From positions 45,285-109,284 of the forward strand of contig JAQGDQ010000707.1 in NCBI GenBank assembly GCA_030141605.1: a stretch of DNA of 64,000 nt. Direction: 5' to 3'. Under the pieces are notes generated by a model that was given only the letters and a program-made list of their open reading frames with translations, searched no databases and was not told the origin of the DNA. Source of the stretch: Tubiluchus corallicola. Lineage: Eukaryota > Animalia > Priapulida. A program made the position numbers and the translations under genes. Shown here piece by piece: positions 1 to 11,500 of the stretch (position 1 is the first letter of the stretch; the number at the start of each line of letters is the position of its first letter).

Positions 1-128
1 TGGGATATGAAATGGATTTGTGGGATGTGCTATGGAATTGTGGGATATGGAATGGAATTGTGGGATATGGAATTGAATTGTATGATGTGCTATGGAATTG
101 TGGGATATGCTATGGAATTGTGGGATAT
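1..128. repeat. ~19-20 bp minisatellite (TGTGGGATATGCTATGGAAT-like), truncated by the window start
   Basis: Visible tandem periodicity. Confidence 0.85.
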
Positions 129-849
129 GTTATTGATGCACGATTATCATGCTCTCGGACATTATTATCATCATACAGACGAAACAATGAAAGGTTTTTC
201 ATTTTTTGTAAATGAACTGTAACCACTGTAACCAGTTTTGAAGGTTCAAGCAGCTTGTTTATAATTTCCATGCAAATCTGTTGAGAACTTGGTCTTGCAT
301 TTAAAATTCGCTTTGTTTAGAAATTTTTCCATTTCATTTAAAAAAATTCTCAATTTTCATACAGATCTTAAACAATTTTTTCCACTTTTCAGCCTAGCTT
401 TTTTGTTCAGGTGCAGGATTATTCCAGATTTTTTGCAATTCTGAATCTAGCCTTTTTTCTGGCTTTTCTTTAATGGCATTATTAGTTCAGTATTAGCTCA
501 GTAGATGGCGACACTATATTGCACAAAATATTATACAGAATGTGCTCAATGTGAAAAGAGATCCATATCAACAATAAACAGAATTCAATTTCTAAAGAAG
601 CTGTTTGTTGTCCAGACGTGTTTGCAAGTGAGTTGCACTGATTGGTTAATGATAATTAATGTTAATGATAGTTAATGTTAATGATAGTTAATGTTAGCCA
701 CTGCTGGTTAAACATTAACAAATTGGTAAGATTTGGCAGAGTGCTTTATTTAGAGACTTGGGAATTTCTGTTTGCATGTGTGAAAGTAATTGACATGCAT
801 CTGAGAGCTAATATGTGTTCGACAAACATTGCAGGTTTTGTGTGTTGTG

Positions 850-1505
850 GAAGCCTGCAGTTTTTGTATGTGGTTTAAAAACATTGTAGTTTTTATGTGT
901 GTTCTGAAAGCTTTGCAGTTTTTGTATGTGGTTTAAAAACATTGTAGTTTTTATGTGTGTTCTGAAAGCCTTGCAGTTTTTGTATGTGGTTTAAAAACAT
1001 TGTAGTTTTTATGTGTGTTCTGAAAGCCTTGCAGTTTTTGTATGTGGTTTAAAAACATTGTAGTTTTTATGTGTGTTCTGAAACCTTGCAGTTTTTGTAT
1101 GTGGTTTAAAAACATTGTAGTTTTTATGTGTGTTCTGAAAGCCTTGCAGTTTTTGTATGTGTTTTAAAAACATTGTAGTTTTATGTGTGTTCTGAAAGCT
1201 TGCAGTTTTTGCATGTAGTTTAAAAACATTGTAGTTTTTATGTGTGTTCTGAAAGCTTGCAGTTTTTGCATGTGGTTTAAAAACATTGTAGTTTTTATGT
1301 GTGTTCTGAAAGCTTGCAGTTTTTGCATGTGGTTTAAAAACATTGTAGTTTTTATGTGTGTTCTGAAAGCTTGCAGTTTTTGCATGTGGTTTAAAAACAT
1401 TGTAGTTTTTATGTGTGTTCTGAAAGCCTGCAATTTTTGTATGTGGCTTAAAAACATTGTAGTTTTTACGTGTGTTCTGAAAACCTGCAATTTTTGTATG
1501 TGGCT
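850..1505. repeat. 57-58 bp tandem array, ~11 copies
   Basis: Unit TTGCAGTTTTTGTATGTGGTTTAAAAACATTGTAGTTTTTATGTGTGTTCTGAAAGC. Confidence 0.95.
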
Positions 1506-1514
1506 TTGTATGTT

Positions 1515-2184
1515 GCCCCCCCTAACTTTAGAACCTGTTGCTCCCCCTAACTTTAGAACCTGGCTACGCCCCGGTCACAGTGTCTTTTTCATGTGCTTGC
1601 CCCCCTTAACTTTAGAACCTGGCTACGCTCCTGTCACAGTGTCTTTTTTATGTGCTTGCTCCCCCTCACTTTAGAACCTGGCTACGCCCCTGTCACAGTG
1701 TCTTTTTCATGTGCTTGCCCTCCTAACTTTCGAACCTGTTGCTCCTAACTTTAGAACCTGGCTACGCTCCTGTCACAGTGTCTTTTTTATGTGCTTGCCC
1801 CCCTAACTTTAGAACCTGGCTACACCCCTGTCACGGTGTCTTTTACGTGCTTGCTCCCCCTAACTTTAGAACCTGGCTACGCCCCGGTCACAGTGTCTTT
1901 TTCATGTGCTTGCCCCCCTTAACTTTAGAACCTGGCTACGCCCCTGTCACAGTGTCTTTTTCATGTGCTTGCCCCCCTTAACTTTAGAACCTGGCTACGC
2001 CCCGGTCACAGTGTCTTTTTCATGTGCTTGCCCCCCTAAACTTTAGAACCTGGCTACGCCCCGGTCACAGTGTCTTTTTCATGTGCTTGCCCCCCCCCCC
2101 CCTTAACTTTAGAACCTGGCTACACCCCTGTCACAGTGTCTTTTTTATGTGCCCCCCTAACTTTATAACCTGGCTACGCCCCTG
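1515..2184. repeat. ~60 bp tandem array built from a MITE 3' terminus (..CCTGGCTACGCCCCTG)
   Basis: Each unit contains AACTTTAGAACCTGGCTACGCCCCTG; the array ends exactly on this TIR-like motif (reverse complement CAGGGGCGTAGCCAGG). Confidence 0.9.
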
Positions 2185-2553
2185 ATAGTAGAGATATTGA
2201 ATATATAATGAGATATACATGAATGTACCATATTGTATGTATAATCTCTTAACTATTCCACGCTGTTACAGCTTACATGAGTCGTGGTTGATAAGCCTAT
2301 TCACAAGAGTCATGCATCATAAGCCTTGCTCACTTCACTGGCTTGTGCACTCGTGAATTAGAGTGGCGTGATTTCACCTACATGCTCTTATCATTAATGT
2401 ATTTACATTCATATAGGATGACGGGTAAACATTAGCAGATTTGCACAGCACGATGGCTAATGTAGACGAATTATTAACTGCACTCCCTCGGTGTGTGATG
2501 GACAGCAGAGACAATGTGTGTTAATCGTGATCACAGCTAAAGTTACCGATACA

Positions 2554-5500
2554 ATGAATGAAAGTAATGCAAACAAGGTTGCTCCGCTGGGTAACTCGGC
2601 GGAGAAACCCGGATTAGACGTGGACGATGCACCGGAGCACACTTTCGGATGGTTTTCCTACAAGCCGCATAGCCTGCAGAGATTCTGTCATCCTAAATGG
2701 TTTCTCTTTTGGGTTTCGTGGAGCGGTGCTCTCCAGGGGATGATCGTGAACGGACTGGTCGCCGTCGTCATCACTACGCTCGAACAACGTTTCTCAATGA
2801 GTAGTTCCGAGTCGGGTTTAATTGCCAGTTGCTATGACATTGCTTCTGTGATATGTTCATTACCAGTGAGTTACATTGGTGCAACTAAGCACAAACCGAG
2901 GATTATTAGCTTCGGGATGGTGCTCATGGGCGTCGGTGCATTTGTGTTTTATTTGCCGCATTTTACGACGGATTTCTACGTACCGACCGTGACGAATTCT
3001 TCCGAACATTTGTGCGATAACACGACAATGGATGATTTGTGTGACGAGCAATCGGATCGTAGTCTTAACAGCTACAAATACGTCTTCTATCTTGCACAGT
3101 TCTTGGTTGGAGTTGGTTGTTCAAGTTTCTACACGCTCGGGGTTGCGTTTCTGGACGACAACGTACGACCGAAGGTAGTCTCCGTGTATGTAGGTAAGAG
3201 TAATTCAGATAACCCCAATAAGCCTTTTCACAGTTTCGTTCTTGTAGGTCAAAGGTTAAATGTACCACAACAACACGTCTTAACTACAATCATCACGTGA
3301 CGTGTAGGTAAAGCAAAGCCGTCTGCCACTTCAGTTTTGTAACTTCAGTTGTTTTATGTGGATTATACTTCATTAGTCTGTGCGTAGAGTGATTTACTAG
3401 CAGGATCTTGCTTGGTTACAAGAAAAAAATGAACTAGGCAAGGTTCTAGCTAACTGTTAAAACTGTTACTGTTGCAAAGCATGGACTGCGAGGTGTTGTC
3501 AAGTGTGCATAAAAGCGTTGTCTGGTACACTTAACCTTTGACCTTTCCACGATCATCATCAATCGCTGCAACTGTGAAAAGGCTTATTGTATTAAAAATA
3601 ATTCAGATCTTTTCAGGTTGTTGATGTCTGTAAGCCCAACTTCTGTATGAAAATCTTCAAAATGTGTAACCCGACCAGTCATACAGCAGACGACAGAGTA
3701 ACCCAACCAGTCATACGGCAGATGACAGAGTAACCCGACCACTCATACAGCAGACGACAGAGTAACCCGACCAGTCGTACAGCAGACGACAGAGTAACCC
3801 GACCAGTCATACATCAGACGACAGAGTAACACGACCAGTCATACAGCAGATGACAGAGTAACACGACCAGTCATACAGCAGATGACAGAGTAACCCGACC
3901 AGTCATACAGCAGATGACAGAGTAACCCGACCAGTCATACATCAGACGACAGAGTAACCCGACCAGTCATACATCAGACGACAGAGTAACCACATCAGTA
4001 TTACAGCAGATGACAGAGTAACCCGACCAGTCATACGGCAGATGACAGAGTAACCCGACCAGTCATACGGCAGATGACAGAGTAACCCGACCAGTCATAC
4101 GGCAGATGACAGAGTAACCCCACCAGTCATACAGCAGATGACAGAGTAACCCGACCAGTCATACATCAGATGCAGAGTAACACTCAGTATAATACTCTTA
4201 TAACAAGTATAAAAGTATATTGGTTCCCGTGTGTAGTATATTTGTGTGTATTACGCTTCTACATGGATTTTAGTACAATAATTTAGTGTAATGAATTACC
4301 TATCTGCAGCTTGTGTTGATTGAATTTATGTCACCATTTTACATGTTGGGTGTCTGCGTGAGATGCTGCAATCTTAGAAAACCAGATAAAGCAAAACTAG
4401 AAAGTGTTTTGTTGTAAGAAGACACTTACTGGCATTGACAAATCTTACGTTTCACAGAAAAATAACGCGACTGGTTCGTTTTGTTTAAGGGCTTACACAT
4501 ACACTATGTTCTTACTTGGGCTAAATTTCAAAATTGAAGAACTTCCAGAATTTGGCCCCCGCTGAATTAGGCACCCTAGGCAACTGCCTAGTTTGCCTAA
4601 AGGTGGAGCCAGTCCTGATTGTTATCTCTTTGTCTAGTGCTGTTACATTCATGATTTCGTGTTTTTCATGTAGTTATGCTTCATGTTTTTATGTAGTTAT
4701 GTGTTTCATGTTCTGATTTCATGTTTTTATGTAGTTATGTTTTATGTTCCGAATTCATGTTTTTTTATGTAGTTGTGTTTTATGTTCTGATTTCATGTTT
4801 TTATGTAGTTATGTGTTTCATGTTCTGAATTTATGTTTTTTGATGTAGTTATGTTTTATGTTCTGATTTCATGTTTTTTGTGCAGTTGTGTGTTTATGTT
4901 CTGAATTCGTGTTCTATGTAGTTATGTTTCTTTTTCTAATTTTATGTTTCTTGATGTGGTTATGTTTTATGTTCTGGTTTTATAAAACAATTGTTCTTTC
5001 AGGGATCTATTACACCATGACTATTGTTGGACCAGCCATTGGCTACATGGGCGGAGGGTGGTTATTATCCATCTACGTTGACGCCCCGGGCAAAGACCCC
5101 GATGAGTAAGCATTATAACACATACAGAGTCTTTTGCTTTTGGAAAAAGTAAAAATATGCTGCAAAATTGAGAGATTTCAGAATTTTTCACAAATCAGAC
5201 CAAGGTTCGGATCTATGGCTGAATTTCAGGAGATTGGTGGTCAAATCAGGAGTGGTGGTAGCCCAAAATGAAACTTCGTAATGGCAAAATAACAATGTCT
5301 TTCTAGTTTGTGTGAGACACCATTGTTTATGCATTCAATTGAATATCTATAGTGTTACCTGTAAACTGTCAACTTTAAATTCCAGTTGTCTGTCTTGGGT
5401 TTCTCAACCCCCTTGAGTTTTTTCTTGTTTATATTTTAAAAAATCAGTTTTGAATTGAGTTTTCTTTGTGTTCCAGGTTCAGTTTGACTCCTACCAGCAG

Positions 5501-8500
5501 TGCCTGGATTGGGGCATGGTGGATAGGCTTTTTCCTAGGGTCATTTCTCTGTTGGTTTGCTGCTATTCCGATGTTTGGAATGCCCCACGATTTACCGGGT
5601 AAGTGTGGCTATTACTGCGGGAAAATTGCATCCTTTGGACCGTATAATTCTTCTCTTATGCTATAACAGCTATAATTGACACAATTATACTGTATCTCAG
5701 GGGTTTTCAAGTGTTTAGCTTGGATTGTGTGCACAACCTACTTACCTGTAGGTAATTTACACATTCAATATTCATGCACGCATGTCGTGGGAATTTAGTT
5801 CCTGTGATTTGTTGTAAATTCTTATCAAGATCTCGTAGACACTCATAGAACTGAGTTAAAATGTGAAACTAGTCGCCAAGGCCGCAAAATACTAATTATT
5901 AACTTCATAATTAACATTTCCTGGCTGGTTAGTTGAGTTAATAGTGATTGTTAGTGAAGTAGCATGTGTCCCGATTATTAACTGGATGCTGCATATGACA
6001 GTTGAAAACTCTATGTTCTGAAACATGACATACGTGTCCTTTTTTGAATTGTTTGGATACGTGTTATGAAATATCAGAAGCTGCATTAATTGCAGACACT
6101 CTCATCTCATGATTAACTGTGGTTAGGCCTAAATTCACCCCCCCCCCCGCCTGTACTAACTTGCTGCAGTGAGCATAACCTAGAAATACAGTAATGATCT
6201 AAACTGTAAAACTAGTTTGTTTTAATCACCTATCCAGTTACATTGCTCCATATGCACTTTACAATGTATGTAATGAATGGTTTAGCTTATAAATTCCTGT
6301 TTGCAAACTTCTAGCTTTCGTCTAGCTGATTGTCTGTCCATTTTTTCTTTCATTTCATAAATGTGTTTACGTGTTTTTCAGTTAGAATAATTGTTAGCTT
6401 CATTGATACGTCAGATAACTAATTACTATTTCAGTTTTACATTTAACTGTTTGTAGTGTGTTAGAAAAGCGTCAGTTTTACAAATCCTGTTTCATACAGT
6501 TTGTCGTGAAGCTCACGATTCCATTAATTTATTTAATTGATTATTAGTTTGTACTGATTAATCATAATTATTAGTATCAATAGAATTTTTGTACATGCAT
6601 ACGTCGTCTTTTGGGTAGTCATTATTACATTCTCCTGCTAACATATTAAATTAAATCTTATATGAGATGTTACTAATTTTCAGTAATAAAACTGTTTAAT
6701 TATTTCACTTATTAAAACTGTTAAAACTCATTAATCACCTATCCAGTTACATTGCTGCATATGCACTTGCATATGGATATATAATAAAACTGTTTTATTT
6801 CTCTGTATACAGTTTAAACTTGCATCATTGTACAGAACCTTGAACTAGTATGCATAACATTTACCTTTAATCAACTGCTGGCTTCTTTTCACTCCATGGA
6901 AAAGTTTTACCTGGTTTATTTCTCTGTATACAGTTTAAACTTTCATCATTGTACAGAACCTTGAACTAGTATGTATAACATTTACCTTTAATCAACTGCT
7001 GGCTTCTTTTCACTTCATGAAAAAGTTTTACCTGGTTTATTTCTCTGTATACAGTTTAAACTTTCATCATTGCACAGAACCTTGAACTAGTATGCATAAC
7101 ATTTACCTTTAATCAACTGCTGGCTTCTTTTCACTTCATGGAAAAGTTTTACCTGGTTTATTTCTCTGTATGCAGTCTAAACTTTCATCATTGTACAGAA
7201 CCTTGAACTAGTATGCATAACATTTACCTTTAATCAACTGCTGGCTTCCTTTCACTTCATGGAAAAGTTTTACCTGGTTTATTTCTCTGTATACAGTCTA
7301 AACTTTCATCATTGTACAGAACCTTGAACTAGTATGCATAACATTTACCTTTAATCAACTGCTGGCTTCTTTTCACTTCATGGAAAAGTTTTACCTGGTT
7401 TATTTCTCTGTATACAGTTTAAACTTTCATCATTGTACAGAACCTTGAACTAGTATGAATAACATTTACCTTTAATCAACTGCTGGCTTCTTTTCACTTC
7501 ATGGAAAAGTTTTACCTGGTTTATTTCTCTGTATACAGTTTAAACTTTCATCATTGTACAGAACCTTGAACTAGTATGTATAACATTTACCTTTAATCAA
7601 CTGCTGGCTTCTTTTCACTTCATGAAAAAGTTTTACCTGGTTTATTTCTCTGTATACAGTTTAAACTTTCATCATTGTACAGAACCTTGAACTAGTATGC
7701 ATAACATTTACCTTTAATCAACCGCTGGCTTCCTTTCACTTCATGGAAAAGATTTACCTGGTTTATTTCTCTGTATACAGTCTAAACTTTCATCATTGTA
7801 CAGAACCTTGAACTAGTATGCATAACACTTACCTTTAATCAACTGCTGGCTTCCTTTCACTTCATGGAAAAGTTTTACCTGGTTTATTTCTCTGTATACA
7901 GTCTAAACTTTCATCGTTGTACAGAACCTTGAACTAGTATGCATAACATTTACCTTTAATCAACTGCTGGCTTCTTTTCACTTCATGGAAAAGTTTTACC
8001 TGGTTTATTTCTCTCTACACAGTTTAAACTTTCATCATTGTACAAAACCTTGAACTAGTATGTATAACATTTACCTGTAATCAACTGCTGGCTTCTTTTC
8101 ACTTCATGGAAAAGATTTACCTGGTCAGTTGGCTTGGTAGAACTTTAGAGAGAGCAATGTAATGTCCTACTGCTATTTTAGAAAATAAATTGCATGTGAT
8201 ATGAACAACTTAGCTGCATCCTACTTCGTTTATTCTTCCAAAGAAGCCAGTCTGTTAGCACTTACCTTTAGAATTTCTTCATAGAGTTTAATTATCGTTC
8301 ATTTATCATTGTATATGTGTGATGTAATAATTTGATAATTGTTATTATCTAAGTTAAAATCTAAAGTAAGTTTTCACGTTTTCTTTGCAGCTTTCAACAG
8401 CCACACTAAACTACAATGTTCTCATAATAAATTTCTCTTTCTGTTTAAAATATAGTCTATTTCGAGCTCCGTGATGTTAGTTTGTGACGGAATGTTCATC

Positions 8501-11500
8501 TGCTCTCCCCCTCCCTTTTCGTCTTTTATATAAATAATAAAAAAACCTTCAGTAAAACCATTCACAACCTAAGTTGTCTTTTATGTAATTTTAATCACCT
8601 AACTAATCAATTTTTGGCACATACATTGAAAAAAAATGCCAAGTTCACATTTCAGGTTTCTGTTTTTCCCAAAAACATGATATTACGGAAGCTCAAAATT
8701 TGTTTTTCTATGAGTACAAATAATCGATTATAGAATAATGTAGACAATGATGTCTAAAATAATGTAGACAATGATGTCTAAAATAATGTAGACAATCATG
8801 TCTAAAATAATGTAGACAATGATGTCTAAAATAATGTAGACAATTATGTCTAAAATAATGTAGACAATGATGTCTAAAATAATGCAGACAACGATGTCTA
8901 AAATAATGTAGACAACGATGTCTAAAATAATGTAGACAACGATGTCTAAAATAATGTAGACAATTATGTCTAAAATAATGTAGACAATGATGTCTAAAAT
9001 AATGTAGACAATGATGTCTAAAATAATGTAGACAATGATGTCTAAAATAATGTAGACAATGATGTCTAAAATAATGTAGACAATGATGTCAAAAAATTAC
9101 TTTTTAGAAAGAATATTTTGTCGTGCTGTGGGTTTTTAAATTGTTGAGTTTTAGTACAGGTTCAGATTCAATGGAGGAATTTTTGAATAATTTTTTTGTT
9201 TTATTTTTCTCAAGGTGCGGAAGCTGCGAGGGCAGAAAGAATCAGTGAGGTTCATAAAAAAGGGGATGACGATGCAGTTACCAGGGCGGGTTTTGGAGAG
9301 TCGTACAAAGATGTGCCAAAAGCATTTAAAAACTTGATGTCAAATCCAACATTCATGTTTTTGAATTTTGCTGGTGCTACTGAAGGTAAATAAACTTTAT
9401 GAAATTCAACATTCATGTTTTTGAATTTTGCTGGTGCTACTGAAGGTAAATAAACTTTATCAAAATCAACATTCATGTTCTTGAATTTTGCTGGTGCTAC
9501 TGATGGTAAATAAACTCGATGTCAAATCCGACATTCATGTTCTTGAATTTCGCTGGTGTTACTGTAGGTAAATAAACTTCATGTCAGTTTCAACATTCAT
9601 GTTCTTGAATTTTGCTGATCCTACCGAAGGTAAATAAACTTAATGTCAGTTTCAACATTCATATTGTTGAATTTTACTGGCGTAAGTTCTGTTAGTCTTA
9701 CATGATTTTTTAATTATCTAAATTAAAAATTTTAATAAATTTTGGTGTTTTAACTACGAATTTGTTTCTTGTTTTAGAAGTTTCACTAAATATTTACTAC
9801 CAGAAAGGTTAAAGGTCAACATTCAAGACTTTGCTCATTCTCTTTCTCAATTTTTTCAAGGTTTTTTCAAATCTTAAACTCGAGAAGTTCTAATGAAACT
9901 TTACATTTATATTATCAGGTATGCTGGTTGGTGGATTTGCAATATTTATGCCCAAGTTTATTGAAGTTCAGTTTGCAATGACGGCAGGTGCTGCAGCCAT
10001 AATCATGGGTAATTGCAATTTACATTTTAAAACAGTGCAGCATGGTGTTGGTTCTGTGTTGACACAATAGAGGACAGCACATGCTTTGTACAGTGTTGCA
10101 TAGCAAAATGTTTATACACTTGCACGAGATTTTACTAATATTATTGCTGAGCTAATAGTGTTTGTCTGTGACAACTTGGTTATTGTATACTAAGCCTTTT
10201 CACAGTTCCAGCAATTGTTGAAGATCGTGAAAAGGTCAAAGGTTAAATGTGTCAGACAACACATTTGTGTACACTTGACAATGCCTCGCAGCCCATGCTA
10301 TTGTAATAGTAACCGTTTTAACAGCTAGCTAGAATCTTACCTAGTTCATTTTTTCTTGTTCTCAAGCAAAATCCTGCTAGTAAATCACTCTATGCACAGA
10401 CTAATGCATAATTAAGTAAAGTCCACGTAAAACAATTGAAGTTACTGAACTGGCATGGCAGACAGCATTGCTTTACACTCACATCACGTCACAGTTGTTG
10501 AAGCGTTACTGTAGTACAAATAACCTTTAACTTACAGCAACTGCAGATGTGCACAACGAAACTATGAAAAGTCTTTTGACAAATCAGAATTTTGACATTA
10601 ATTCGTTTCTAAGATTCATTTAAAGCCTTTGTAATGCATAGTAAGGAGATGATTGATGAGTCGTTCTTCCTTAGTAGTAATAAACTACATTTGGTGCCTA
10701 ATTGAATCTGTTGGTTAATTGGGTCAAAATACTTATCCCAGAGTCCACTAGGCGGCGCCTACTGTAGTTAAGCAGTTAAATATTTCAAGAAGAGTTATCA
10801 TCATACTGTACATGTGTGAATTTGCTTGATCCTGTGACGAGTTTTTTCAACATTAACATAAACATTTTTACATCAAAAACGTTAATGAATAATTAGATAT
10901 ACCGTCCGTTTCACCATAAGCCAGTCTCATTAGAAGTTTTCGTATTTATTTCTCTGTACTTTAGGGTTCATTGTGGTACCCGCCGGAGGAGGTGGAAACT
11001 TCTTGGGCGGTTGGTTAATCAAGAAGTTCTCGCTGTCTTGTCAGAACACGATCAGATTTTGTTGGATCGTCAGCTTCACCGCCGTGTTCATTTGCTTCGT
11101 TTTCTTCATTAAATGTGAGCAGGGACCGGTGGCCGGTTTTACTGACATGAACAGGTAAAAACTTCAATTATTTTAATATTGTGAGTACACTCATGTCTCA
11201 GTTTACCGAACAAAAGCGGAGAGACGTATGTCTGAATTTGCCGATCGTCCGTATTTACCGATTCTAAGCTAATACAGTAGGTGTTACGTATTAGACTCAT
11301 GGTAATCTATACTCTTATATTAATATTCTTGGTATCTTAATATATATATATATAAGATTCGAGGCTACAGCCCGGACGAGGGCACCATTTGCGGCGATCT
11401 ATATATCAAATGAAAGGTCTCGATCTAGTGTCGTCTCATTGATGGTTTATTTTTCGAATTGGGCCCACCGGAAGGAAGGGGAGGCGAAAAACCTCCAAAA

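Noticed and set aside
2491-2553. N-terminal extension of the SLCO ORF from a GTG start, and read-through to 3300
   Set aside because: Artefacts of prokaryote-style ORF calling; the first in-frame ATG is 2554 and the exon ends at the 3193 donor.
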